From positions 3,968,001 through 4,032,000 of the forward strand of contig NC_043005.1 in the NCBI RefSeq assembly GCF_006345805.1: a stretch of 64,000 bases of DNA, read 5' to 3'. Position numbers and translations under genes: made by a program. This document shows positions 25,528-38,420 of this stretch, one piece after another. Position 1 is the stretch's first letter. Each line of letters begins with the position of its first letter. This stretch comes from Octopus sinensis. Lineage: Eukaryota. The notes beneath the pieces were generated by a model. That model ran no database searches and had not been told where the DNA came from. It saw only the letters and a program-made list of their open reading frames with translations.

Positions 25528-26732
25528 TGGACAAAATATGGAAACACCTAGCAACATAGCATCATAATTTTGAAATATCTATAAAACCATCAAAAGCTTG
25601 TTTATTTTAATGTGTTTTTTTATTTATTATTAGTGTTACTTAATGTTTCGCTAAAATTGCAGTTTATTTTCAGATGTCATCAGAAAAAGGTAATTAAAAG
25701 GACAGATCTATCGAAATTTCAAAGAGGTCAAATTGTTAGTGTTCGTATGGCAGGCGCTAGCATAACGAAAATAGCTGAAATGTTTGGTGTATCAAGAAGT
25801 ACTGTCTCGAAAGTAATGACAAGACTTTGTGAAAGAGGGAAAAACCTCCTCTTTGAAACAAAACTCCGGAAGAAAACCAAAACTTTCAGACAGGGACCGT
25901 CGGACTGTTCGAAACGATCACAAAAGTACAGTTCCCAAAATTACTGCAGAGCTTAATGACCACCTCGAGAACCGAGTTCCCACAAAATATGTTCGCCGGG
26001 AGCTGCACAAACCCCGATTTCACGGGAGAGCTGCAATCAGAAAACCACTACTTTCAAAAACAAACTTTGCAAAGCGTTTAGAGTGAAGTAAAAACCTACA
26101 GTGGAAGAATGTTATTTTCTCGGGCGAGTCATCCTTTACCTTATTTCCGACCACTGGCCAAGTATACGTGTGGAGACAGCCAAATGAAGCATTTGACCCA
26201 GACTACCTTCTTCCAACTGTTAAACACGGAAGAGGATCTGTGATGAACGGGAGAGGGGGGGGCTATATCTTGGAAATCCGCCGGCCCAATGGTTTCCCTT
26301 CATGACAGAAGAGTTAATAGTCAAGACTATTTAAGCATTTTATCTGATCAAATTCGTTCTATGGTTGTGGAACTGTTTCCGGAGGGAAACGCAATCTTTC
26401 AGGATGGTAATGCACCAATTCACAAAGCTAAAGTTGTTACTGAATGGCACGTGGAACATTCTCTTGAAGTTGAACATCTTATCTGGCCACCACAGTCCCC
26501 AGATTTCAATGTTTATGGTGCATTTTAGAAAAACAAATAAGGAGCGATATCCTCCACCATCATCACTACAAAAACTGGAGACTAGCTGAAGAATGGATAA
26601 AAATTCCTTTGGAAACAAGTCAAACTTTGTACGAGTCCATACCTCGTAGAATTCAAGCTATAATTACTGCCGAAGGCGGTCCTCCCCCATATTAAGATAA
26701 ATTTTAAGGTCTTTCCATTATTTTGTCCAACC

Positions 26733-26736
<4 letters not shown>
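25523..26736 (+). mobile_element. Tc1-like transposon, near full-length, inactivated
   Basis: TIRs AGGGTTGGACAAAAT(A)ATGGAAA; remnants LSKFQRGQIV, SGRKPKLSDRDRR, WKNVIFSGES, FQDGNAPIHK, WPPQSPDFN. Confidence 0.92.
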
Positions 26737-26777
<41 letters not shown>

Positions 26778-26905
26778 TATATGAAGTAATACAATTAATT
26801 TCTACATTTTTTTCATTATGCTCCGAAGCGAACTTTTAAACATTGTCAAAGACTTGTGCAATGGTATCGGTACTTCAGAGATTACGTTCACACTACTTAC
26901 TGAAT

Positions 26906-27255
26906 ATTCCCTATCAGATTGGTGGTGTTGGACATGTAGTTGAATTAGACGAGAGTGTCATTTTAAGAAGAAAATACTATGTCGGACGTGTGGTTCCTCA
27001 AAAATGAGTATTTGGAGGGAAGGACACAACAACAAGCCTTCGATTTATTTGCTTTGTTCCAGATAGGTCGGCATCATCATTGCTCCCTTTGATTGAGAAA
27101 ATGTTCTACCTGGAAGAGAAATCCATACGGACTGTTGGAGTGCTTACAACGGAATAAGTGCAATCCCTGTGACACTACCACTTCACCATTTGACAGTTAA
27201 TTCTCGCGAGAATTTTGTTAATCACGTGGATGCAGAACATCTTGGAAAGAAATGA
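26906..27255 (+). pseudogene. Merlin (IS1016/IS1595-like DDE) transposase remnant
   Basis: Manual translation from 26912: YQIGGVGHVVELDESVILRRKYYVGRVVPQK*VFGG...FVPDRSASSLLPLIE, frameshift, then VLPGREIHTDCWSAY. Absent from the ORF track. Confidence 0.8.
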
Positions 27256-28030
27256 AACAGCGACTGAAACACATGAATGAATCGGAAAATCAAAAAAGCT
27301 CGACAAATGGGTACCACACGATTTGAATGAAAATCAGAAAATGCGCAGATATGAAATTTGTTCGTCGCTTCTCCGTAACCAGACCGATCCATTCCTCGAC
27401 CGTATACTAACTTGCGATGAAAAGTGGATTCTGTATAATAATAAAAAAAACTTATTCGCAGTGGTTGGACCAAAATGAAGCGCCGAAAACCTTCCCTAAA
27501 TCCGAGCTCTTCAAAAAGAAAGTTATGGTGACTGTTTGGTGGTGTACTGCTGGATTTATCCACTATAACTTCTTAAAACCCGGAAAAGCCATTACTGCAG
27601 AAACATATTGCCATGCAGTTGCCAAAATGAACGAAAAACTGCTACTTTTCCACCACAGAGCAGTCAACAGAAGAAGACCAATCATTTTTCATAGCAATAC
27701 TCGAGCACACGTTTCACTAATGACACTCTAGAAGTTGAAGGAATTTGGTTACGAAGCTCTTCCCCACCCAGCTTATTCCCCAGACCTTTCTCCTACCAAC
27801 TACCACTTTTTCAAGCACCTTGATGGTATCCTGCGACAGAAGGAATTCAAAAATGAAACCGATGCTGAAAGTGCGTTCAAAGAGTTCATCAGCTCCAGAA
27901 CTCCAGATTTTTATGTTACCGAAATAAACAAACTTGTAACTCGTTGGCAAAAATGTGTTGATTGTAATGGTCTTTACTTTGATGAATAAAATTTCCACAT
28001 TGTTGAAATATATTGTTATGAATTTCGTGT
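27255..28030 (+). mobile_element. Mariner transposon remnant (Hsmar1/cecropia-like)
   Basis: ILTCDEKWILYNN, KKVMVTVWW, LPHPAYSPDLSPTNYHFFKHLD, RWQKCVDCNGLYFD. Confidence 0.9.
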
Positions 28031-29189
28031 TTCAAAACATTGCTTGCTTTTTGCTCAGCCTGATACATCATCCATATATAGAAACCTATATACATACATC
28101 ATCCATATGTATATATATCAACATACACACACTACAGAAACGTATACACATACATATAAATGCATGAAAATACATACATACATACATCAGAGAAATATAC
28201 GTACAAACATGCATGCGTCACTCATATATACCACCTACATATATACACCAACATACATATGTACATACACATACAAATACACATATGTAATACATACATA
28301 CACACATACATGGACAGTAAATATAAAACAAATAAAACGCAAGCAAAAGACGTAAAAATGCTATTTATTTACGACACTGGAGCTATCTTGTAGGGTGTTT
28401 TATTTCAGCCCCAGGCGTATAGGTACTCGACGGGTAGATAGTTAAGCCTCAACAGGAGAATAAGTGTCAGATCGTATCAGTTGTTTTATTTAACGTTTAC
28501 ACAAACTTAACTTGATTTGAAACGATATAAAAATGGTTTCCTTTTTAGCTATCGTCTGCTCTTTGAAATTCATACAGTCACGACTCTCACGCCGAATAGT
28601 TTCTAGGTAAACATTCAGGAAGACTTAATATATTTATTTAGAATTTCTACCAACTTGATAAGGCCTGCGAGCGTTTATACAAATAGATATTGTTGGACTG
28701 CAATTCCAAATTTTAATCTTAAATGAAGGAGTTTATTTACTTATTATTTATTTCTTTACCTTCCGATTTGTTGGATTACGAGTGTTTGATCACGTTAAAT
28801 ATTTTCAGACTGTTTAGGAATTAAAAACCAACCTGCCTCGGAAACAATATTTTTGAGCCAACATAGAAGCAGTAGCCTCTACGCTGTCGTCCAACCTGTT
28901 AGAAATAGCAGTCAAATTTCATTCAAATCAGTGTCATCTTAAAGAAGGGTGTTGCATAGCTATGAAAGAGCAATTACACACACATACATATAAATGCATT
29001 GCATATGTCTACATACATACATACATACATACATACATACATACATACATACATACACCTACTAGCGTAGCTAAGGTGTATGCCGCCCGCGACGGACCCA
29101 TCTCCAACCTCTCAAGCTACGCTAGTGTATATACCATACAATAATAGAATTAATAGCTGTATTGAATCATTTCCTTAGTTTTGTGAAGG

Positions 29190-29522
29190 CGAGTGACCTA
29201 TTATTAAATGCTTGCGATCATGAAGTCGTGAGTTCGATTCCAAGACCGGGTGGTGGGTTGTATCTTCGTGTCATGTCCTCAATGTCCGGCCGGATCAATG
29301 GGTGGACGGGTTGAAAAGTTGCCTGTCTGCCCATGACTAGACAGGCACCTGAATCAATTAGGGAAAACAATGGTACATGTTAGCTGGCCATACTCGTTTG
29401 CAAGTGACGGCTAAGGTTTTTGACTGTCTTAAAGAATCACAGATTAGATTGTGTCGTTCCTGATAGGGAATTGATACGACCAAGTCATCCTATCGGAGCT
29501 GACCTCGGGCTAAACAACAGTA
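29190..29522 (+). mobile_element. Diverged SINE (family D)
   Basis: B-box-like GAGTTCGATTCC; ends GAGCTGACCTCGGGCTAAACAAC. Confidence 0.5.
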
Positions 29523-30939
29523 AACCGCTGGATTAAATAATGCATTACAGTGTTGTTTCTATATGGTCTTGCCAAAGTCGATTCAAATTTTGAGATTCTG
29601 GTTCGATATAATTTCGATTCTATCACTAAATCATGCTATCACTTTTACAAAATCCCGGTCCTATATCCTATCAAAACATTTCAATATTGTGGGTGAACGC
29701 ATGTGACTGGTCCCTAATATATGTCAATGAAACTCTTTCTTCATGGTAAACAATCCTAAAAACTAATCAGGACCACAAAAATACTTAGGTTCTCAATAAC
29801 TTCTAATTCGCTAAAAACCTCAAGTAAGGCTCTTATGGAGTAACTGACACTCCGTTGATTACGACAACGACGAGGGTTCCAGTTGATCCGACCAACAAAA
29901 CAGCCTGCTCGTAAAATTAACGTGCATGTGGCTGAGAACTCCACAGACATGCGTACCCTTAACGTTTGCGCAAAGTTTTTTTTCATATTCGTCTTCTACA
30001 CATTTTTTTTTACACATAGTAGGCTGGGAATTTTTTGTTACTTTCGTTAACGGGCCTCAAACTGTATATTGACCCCACTTCCACCAAGTCTTTCTCGTCG
30101 CTCATGTATGTTATCTACTTCCCTAGATCCTGCCCCAATCTATGGAGAGCCTGACCTCAAGAATTCCCTTCTCTACCATTTTTTTTCCTTCTTGTCGCCG
30201 ATTTTCAGTTATTCGAAGTAAACATCAATGACGTGTCTTGTTTACTCGTTTCAAACGGACGCAGTCGCTTCCTTCAGAACAAACCATTAACAGAAACAGC
30301 AGTGGAATCTCACATATATAATAATATGAGTTGAAAAACATCGATCAACTGAGATTGTCCAAGAAATTAGCAACAAAAAACTCCCTATTCCATCCTTTAA
30401 AAACTCTCTCTGTCTAGGATTTTTTTTTTAGTTGAAAGACTCTACTGAACTTCTTCAAGTTATTAAACTCCACCAAAAAACCAAGCGAGATATTTCCAGT
30501 AAAAACAGTTAATCGAAATATTAAAAAAAAAAATAAAAAGCTCAGATTAGATTTGGTCTTTAAGCCACCTAGTGGAAATAACAGGCATGTCTGAAGCATA
30601 TTGGACCCTCCCATCTTCTCATATTTTAGCCAGAAAAACTTAGAAACTGTCAACATAGAGGGTGAATACAGTCAGATACGTTTTCAATAAAAATAGCTAA
30701 ATTTATAGTTTCCTTTCCTTTTGTGGATCCCTTAGATTAATATAGTGGTTAGTGTGGCAATAGATTAAGTGTGTGTACGCATGCGCGCGCGTGCGTGTGA
30801 GTGAGTGCATGCACTTGTCTTCACAGACGAGTAAGTGCTTAATCTACAGGGTGAACATAAAGTCAAGCACTATTTTATTTAAAGAACAAAACAAAACAAA
30901 AAAGGCTTCATATCTCTCTTTTTTTTTTTTTTTTGTAAA

Positions 30940-31260
30940 CCCTTTTGAATGAAAACAGAGGAGTAGCAACAGTTATCTGGTGAATATAAGAAGAGAAATA
31001 CAGAGGTATCAGAAATCGGCTTGATACGAAAGTCAGCTAAACAGTCCAGGTAGATAAGACAATATCTAAACTTAGTGAGCGAATTTAAACGAACTGGTTG
31101 TATATATGATGAAGGAAGTGGACGTCCAAGTTTATTAGAGGGATAATATGAATGATGCAAGTGAAATCGTTAATGAAAATCCCTGGCTCTCTCTTCGTGC
31201 AGCAGTGGAACACGGACTCGACCTCTCAAAGCAGATCCCGTATAAAATTCTGAGCTAATT
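30940..31260 (+). pseudogene. Possible Tc1/mariner-superfamily N-terminal HTH transposase remnant
   Basis: Frame-broken LVSEFKRTGCIYDEGSGRPS and EIVNENPWLSLRA resemble the 'F..TG....RSGRP' pattern. Confidence 0.4.
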
Positions 31261-31829
31261 CATATAAAAACAAAGACCTTATCATTTGCAGGTTTTACAG
31301 AATTCGCCACACAACTTTTGCCACTCATACCTTTGCATTCAGCGTAAGGATCTATAACAAAAGAAAAAAAACGGTACTTTTTGGTTATCTCACCCCCGTC
31401 AAAAAAATGGGTTATGTCCCCCAAATAAAAAAAATTGTTCAACCCTCAATAAAACAAAAAAAAAGAAAAATTAATAAACATAAAAAGTGAAAAGATTAAA
31501 TATCTTACTGAATCTGATAATACATTTATAACAAATCATGCCATTCCTATTGAGGAGGCCAAACGTCAACAAAATGTTGAAATATTGAATCAAAAGGATC
31601 TGTCCCTTTTAATTCAATATCCTGTCGCCACATACCCAACTTTTTAGTGGGGGTGGGGGAGGTAACCCAATATTTTAATGGCAGTGAGATAACCAAATAG
31701 TACTGAAAGAACTACGAGAAACATGAATAGACCCACGTATATTAAAAATAGTACCCCCGACTTTATGTCCGTGCTTTATAGATAAAAAGGGTATGTCAGT
31801 AAAAATATTAACATTATGCCCGGGAGAAA

Positions 31830-32558
31830 AGGAGGTGCTGAAAAGTTCCTGGCTTTGAGTAAAAGAGGATTTTTTCCTTTTGAACGGCACTTTGTAACAT
31901 AATTTCTAGGTAACTAAAAAGTTTTAAATTTCGTATACTGGTAGAATGTGTTTATTTGACACCGCTAGAAAAAAATCCCATTTTCCGTAGCGGTGTCGTA
32001 TGAAATTGTCACCCATAATTATAACCCTAGTATCGATCTATTGCATTTCAATCTATTTTAGATTTAGGGTTAAAGTTAGGGTTAGGGGTAGGGTATCTTT
32101 TTTCTTCACAAATGTAAATAAACCCAATCTGTTTCTTAAAGGAGGGACATATTCATTATGCACAGAATGTTATTTACCTAAATGGACTCAGCAATTGGTT
32201 AAAATTGCCGAAATGCTCAAAATTAAAGACGAAATATGTTACAACCTATAGAATTTTTTCAATAAAGCCATGAAAAAATGATGTTTTATAAACACATTCT
32301 ACCAGTATACGAAGTTTAAAACTTTTTAGTTACCTATAAATGATGTTACAAAGTGCCATTCAAAAGGAAAAGATCCGTAAAAGAAAATACAGAAGGATGA
32401 GTTAATTGTGATTCTGTTCAAAAGATTCCACTATCAAATTCACATACTTATTACTGCGGTCCTTCAGTTTTTCTAAGCTCTGTAAAAACTCGGAAGGTTG
32501 AGCCTACAACCAGGCCTTTTCGCGAGACCCTTAAAGCCAGAACTTTTCAGCACCCCCT
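31830..32558. mobile_element. Mariner-type MITE interrupted by a nested MITE
   Basis: TIRs GGTGCTGAAAAGTTCCTGGCTTT / AAAGCCAGAACTTTTCAGCACC. Confidence 0.75.
31867..32376. mobile_element. Second copy of the GGATC-ended MITE, 8-bp TSD GTAAAAGA
   Basis: TSD at 31859-31866 and 32377-32384; body is the reverse complement of 6464-6851. Confidence 0.85.
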
Positions 32559-33313
32559 TGTCTGTGTGTGTGTGTGCGTGTGTGTTCGCGCGCGCATGAA
32601 ATCTCTCTCAATACACAGGTATACACACACACGTATAAGTAGGTGACAGAGAAGGAGAGAGAAAGTGAGAATGAGAGTACTCCTTGAAAGAAACTGGAAT
32701 TTTGTTGATATTAAATAAGGAGTGGGATTTTAAAGGGTGTAAAGAGATGAAGTGAAGGAGTAAAGGATAAGATAACACCAGTTTGTCAAGGGTTCTTTAT
32801 ATAGATTCGTTACTATCCTGCAGTTTTATCGGATAACGTTTAGTAAATTGATAGTTGAGTGTTCTCTGCGTGTAGAGAGAGCAACAGGCCTTTGACGTTT
32901 TTGGGCGTTTTTTTATTTACTTAAACATATTCATAAATATTACATATACATGCACGTACACACGCAGCACAAAAATACACACGCTCATAAACATACATAG
33001 ATATATATAAATAAATACACAAATGCACACACGTGCGCGCAAAATATCATACGCACATATGTGCATGCAAACACATACAGAGGGGTATTTTCCTACTATC
33101 GACAAAGGAATGTAAATTTTATTTACTACATAATTCTTTAGTAAACGAAAAACTGACTGTCGATAACAGAAGAGTACCCATTATTATTTATACATGCATA
33201 TATATATACTCATACATACACCCAAACATACATATATTGATACACAAGCACAAAGTCACACACAAGCACGCAAGGGTATACAGTAGGCATTAATAAATTA
33301 ATATTGCCAACTT

Positions 33314-33838
33314 GGTAAATATGGAGAATCTTTCCCAACGACAAATTAACAAAAAGACAAAAGTTTTCTAGGGTAAAATGGACGTGTAGATGACGAAAAA
33401 CAATAAAAATTAGGGAAAACTAACCGTTTCAGAGATATTCGCATTTTTATGAGGATTACGAAGGTAAAACGCGTGCACACCACCTAACTCTAACCCTAAA
33501 ACTACCCCTAACCAGTGTGCACGCGCTTTACCTTCGCCCAGCGTTCTACCGTAAAATAAACGTATATTACAAAATAAGTCACTAAAACATAGAGCAAGCT
33601 TACTGTTTCAAATATATCCACATTTTTAAGAGGGTCCTGGATACAGTTAGCTGCTCTCCGTAAGAAAGCGATGGAGACGTTCGGCATGATTCGGAACAGA
33701 CTCCACATCCATTTTACATGATTCGGAACAGACTCCACATCCATTTTACATGATTTCGAACAGACTTCACATCCATTTTACACTAGAAAACTGTTTTTCT
33801 TCAAAATTTGTCGTTGGAAATCATTCTCCATATTTACC
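33314..33838. mobile_element. MITE with GGTAAATATGGAGAAT TIRs and an internal 3x32-bp repeat
   Basis: ~35-bp TIRs; repeat units start at 33685, 33717 and 33749; internal CCTAACCC tract. TSD unclear. Confidence 0.7.
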
Positions 33839-34074
33839 AAATACTTGAAAGATAACTGGATATATGACGTATGCATGCATGCATGTACACACATGTACCC
33901 ATTGGTATATGCGTGCGCGCGCGTAAATGTATATCATGCACACATGCAAATATTTATTATGTATGCACACGTACTTGCAAGCATACATACATACATACGC
34001 ACGCACGCACGCACAAGTATCTTGGACAGGATGAGAATGTCATCTATGATAGACCCATCAATAAAGAGAAGATG

Positions 34075-34530
34075 AAGAATGAGTACCTCACGAGGAGTTA
34101 GAAATATATCATCGTCTGAATTCTAAGCTTTATACTAAACCTATCGCTCACAACACCTTTGCTGCTCTGCCTACTCTCACGCCCACGTTTGGCCTTCTAG
34201 AATAGTCACTGCAAGAGCTCAACGAGATAGACGTACGAACTCGCAAGGAGCTCAAATTCACTGGAGATGAAGACAGGCGAAACACGCACCGATGTTGGCC
34301 GTGGTCTTAACTGTACACTGTTGTCATATGAAGTGCCTATTGTTATACTGGAGAATTATCTGCAGTAGAGGGAAGACAAACAGTAACAACCTTGCCCAAG
34401 TTGGCGTGCACGTAAACAACATTATTGGAGAGCTAATGAACTTGTGGAGAAGCATGAAATAAGAGCTGAGACAGATCTCTCTCCAAGGAGAATTAGCAAA
34501 TTTTATTTATCAGAACAACAAAATAAAAAA
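34075..34530 (+). mobile_element. Decayed R4/NeSL-type LINE fragment (post-RT region)
   Basis: IAHNTFAALPTLTPTFGLLE*SLQELNEIDVRTRKEL remnant. Confidence 0.6.
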
Positions 34531-34545
34531 GACGGGTCAGCTGTC

Positions 34546-34686
34546 CAGGGCCGGCAACTCGGGCAGTCATGTGCTAGGGGGTGCCAAGGAGGGTGTGACA
34601 AAAACAAGGAAATTTCCATGACCGTCAGCTTGTACACACCGAAGTTCAGCTTGCCCAGGGGGCCAGCAACCCTAGGGCCAGCCTTG
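34546..34686. mobile_element. hAT-type MITE, 141 bp
   Basis: CAGGGCCGGC...GCCAGCCTTG termini; CAGCTGTC duplicated at 34538-34545 and 34687-34694. Confidence 0.8.
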
Positions 34687-35934
34687 CAGCTGTCTAAACC
34701 TTTTTTTAAAATCAAACCAGGGTTAACTTTGCATTCTATTCTTTCTAGGTCACAAAAATAAGGTACCAGTTATATAGTGAGGTAGTTGCTCTTCTTTCTC
34801 CCTCACTCTCTCTTTGGCTGTCTGTGTGTCCTTCTAAGAGTTGCAGAGAAATTGGGACCCCGCCAGCTTCAAAGAATGCTTAGGTACATATGCATGCATG
34901 CCTCTGTGTGTGTGTGTGTGCGCGCGCGCATCTAGGAATTTCGTATATACATACAACGGTGAACAAAAGTAGTATACAGTTGCCCAATATGAGTGAAATG
35001 TTTTTTTTTTATTTCTCTATTTTTTAGGATAAGAATTCTGATTCGATCTTCTTTTTTTAACTAATTCTATCAATAATAAGATAATTCCGCCTTTTCAGAT
35101 ATTTATTATATGGCTGGAGATTTGGCCAAACAACTGTATGCCTACTTTTACCCACCTCTGTACGTATGTATGCATACGTGCGTCTATTTATGTATGTACG
35201 TACGTACGCATCTACATACGCATGCTTCGAAGTACATGGACATAAACTAAGTTCCCCAAAGGTGACATTTTAATCCTGTGTCAGCCATTGCAATACCTGT
35301 TGAATGACTCAACGAAGTCCTTAGTCATTCGAAGTTGGTGTATATAAGTACGTGAGTGTTTGTACGTGTGTATATATGAATGTGTTTGTGCGTGTGTGTA
35401 TAGCAGTGCTCATGAATAAAAGTATGTAAGTTTCCATGAATGTGTGTCTGTGTGTGTGTTTCACCAATAAGATCAAGGCATAGTCCACCTCGCTCTCAGC
35501 AAGTTACGATAAGTGAGGCATCTTTCTCTCTCTCTCTCGTTTATGGTTTACATTAATAAAGTGACTCGTTCTAAGAAAATTCATTGTATAACTTGTCATT
35601 TATGTCTAAAGATTTATGGCTTTGTTTTCATTACTTAAGGCCAGCGATTTCGGGAAGGTGATAAGCCGATTACAACGACCCCCCTTACAACTTGACAAGT
35701 ATTTATTTCATTGACTCCGAAAGAATGAAGGGCAAAGTCAACCTTGGTGGTATTTGAACTCAGAACAAAAAGACAGACGAAATGCGCTTAGTACTTAACC
35801 CAACGTGCTAGCGATTGTTTTCTTCTAGTCTAGGCACAAGGCGCGAAATTTTTGGGAAGGGGGGCCCAGTCGATTAGATCGGCCCCAGTACGCAACTGGT
35901 ACTTAATTTATCTTAAAAAGTCCCACAAAATCTT

Positions 35935-36300
35935 ACATTTCTCCGACTCCACTACTCTTTCGAATCGATGCTTGTATCATGTGTTTCCAGCTTCAAATCC
36001 CCATTTCTGGCTCAGTTTCCAGTCTAAAACTTTTACAACCTGGTCATGTCTCCATTTCTTATATTCTTCCTCGGCCAACATGGGGCATTCTGTCACAATG
36101 TGTGCCACTGTCTCATTCCAAGTTCCACAGATTCTACATTTTTCTGACACATTCTCTCCATATATATTTTCTCTCAAGTTGTTTTTATCGTTTGATCTTG
36201 GGCTGCTACTTTTAGGCTCCCTGTTTCTTTTCTTTTTTTTTGTTGTCCCTTTTTTAATCAAGCCTAGGATTTTGCTCTATATACGTCTTCAGTGGCTCTC
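35935..36300 (-). mobile_element. R4/Dong-like LINE fragment with CCHC zinc knuckle
   Basis: CRICGTWNETVAHIVTECPMLAEEEYKKWRHDQV. Confidence 0.8.
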
Positions 36301-36691
36301 CAAAATAGGCCATGCAGAAGTTTCTCTTCAATCTGTCTGACGTACTCTCTTCGTATTTCATTCTTGTCCTTTTCCCCCATTACGCGCTTGGTCACCTGTT
36401 CTTCATTCACTGTCTTTAGTAGTTTTTTGTGCTAATCTGAGCTAGCAGAATCGTTAGCATGCTGGGCAAAATACTTAGTGGCATTTCGTTTGTCTGCACG
36501 TTCTGAGTTCAAATCCCGCCGAGGTCGACTTCACCTTTTATCTTTTCGGGGGGTCGATAAAATAAGTACCAGTGAAATACTGGAGATCGATTATATTGAC
36601 CCATCCCCTCTCCCAAAACTGCTGCCCTTGTAGCAAAATTTGAAACCATTATTATTATTAAGGCGGCGAACTGGCAAAACGTTAGCACGCC

Positions 36692-37379
36692 GGACGGCGA
36701 AATTTTTCTTCCCACGAGAGTTCCGGACCCCAGTTATGAACTCATTTGCATACAGCCAATCAGAGCTCAACTACCAAGCTAATTTATAAGCGCATAACAA
36801 GTGATGGGTGATAAGATAAGGTCACTTGGTTAAGGAATGACCATGCTTCCTTTCTCTTTTAAGAATGCTTATTATTCTTGCTCTTGTTTCAACCATGGCT
36901 GCATCTGTGTAGTTATTTGTGTTGTTGTTTACTTTGTAAAACAGTAAGAGGGAGAGGGTTGCTAGCACATCACCCTCTACCCATATTTTTCTCATCCCCA
37001 TCTTCACCATAAGGGGCCCTAACAAAATCCGATAATAGGTATAGATGCAAATCTATCTAATAACTTGTCTCCTTCTAAAATCAGGCATAACTCGGCGATC
37101 GGTCGGTTTACAACACCGTTCTTCGTCTTGCTTTTACTTGCTAGAGTGGGTTCTACCAAGAGATTGGCTTTGTTCTTTAACACATTCACAAATGTTATGT
37201 TGGGCTTCCCATCTAGGCACAATCAGGCAGCTGGACGGATCTCATCCTTGGTTATCCGCATGACCGTCTCTGCGTAGTTGTTTGAGTACAGTAAGGTCAA
37301 GGTGAGATCTGATCGGCTGTATGCAAATGAGTTCGTTACTGGGGTCCGGAACTCTCGTGGGGGAAAAAATTTCGTCGCC
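36692..37379. mobile_element. Unclassified non-autonomous TIR element (~75-bp TIRs) inserted in a family C SINE
   Basis: 36692-36766 is the inverse of 37307-37379; the SINE head GTTAGCACGCC|AGGCGAAATG is split by it. Confidence 0.75.
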
Positions 37380-38010
37380 AGGCGAAATGGTTAGTGGTAT
37401 TTCGTCTGTCTTTACGTTCTAAGTTCAAATTTCGTCGAGGTCGACTTTGCCTTTCATTCTTTCGGGGTCGATAAATTAAGTACCAGTTGCGTACTGGAGC
37501 CGATCTAATCCACTGGCCCTCTCCCCCAAAATTTCGGGCCTTGTGCCAAGAGGAGAAAAGATTACTATTATCATTAAAGCGGCGATCTGGCAGAATCGTT
37601 AGGACGCCGAGCGAAATGTTTAGCAGTATTTCGTCCGTCTTCATGTTCTGAGCTCAAATTCCGCCGAGGTCGACTTTGCCTTTCATCCTTTCGAGGTCGA
37701 TTAAATAAGTACCAGTGAAATAATGGGGTGGTTGTAACCGACTAGTCCCCTCCCTAAAAATTTCAGGCACTGTACCTTTAGTAGAAAGGATTATTATTAA
37801 GGTGGCGAGTTGGCAGAATCGTTAGCACACCGGGCAAAATGTTTAGCGGCATTTCGTCCGTCTTTACGTTCTGAGTTCAAATTCCGCCGGAGTCGACTTT
37901 GCCTTTCATCCGTTTGGGGTCGAGAAATTAAGTACCAGTGAAACGCTGGGATCGATGTAATCGACTAATTTCCTCTCCCAAAATTTCAGACTTTGTGCTT
38001 TTAGTAGAAA
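37380..38010 (+). mobile_element. Three consecutive family C SINE copies separated by (TTA)n tails
   Basis: Core repeated at ~37415, ~37645 and ~37870. Confidence 0.85.
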
Positions 38011-38037
38011 AGATTATCATCATTATTATTATTGTTA

Positions 38038-38420
38038 TGGAGTGGCTGTGTGGTAAGTAGCTTGCTTACCAACCACATGGTTCCGGGTTCAGTCCCACTG
38101 CGTAGCACCTTGGGCAAGTATCTTTTACTATAGCCTTGGCCGACCAAAGCCTTGTGAGTGGATTTGGTATACGGAAACTGAAAGAAGCCCGTCGCATATA
38201 TGTATGTATGTTCGTGTTTGTGTGTCTGTGTTTGTCCCCCCAACATCGCTTGACAATCGATGCTGGTGTGTTTACGTCCCCGTCACTTAGCGGTTCGGCA
38301 AAAGAGACCAATAGAAGAAAGTACTAGGCTTACAAAGAATAAGTCCTGGGGTCGATTTGCTCGACTAAAGGTGGTGCCCCAGCAAGGCCACAGTCAAATG
38401 ATTGAAACAAATAAAATTAA
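38038..38420 (+). mobile_element. SINE family A, full-length
   Basis: Contains CACTTAGCGGTTCGGCAAAAGAGACCAATAGAA, the segment matching the minisatellite unit. Confidence 0.9.
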
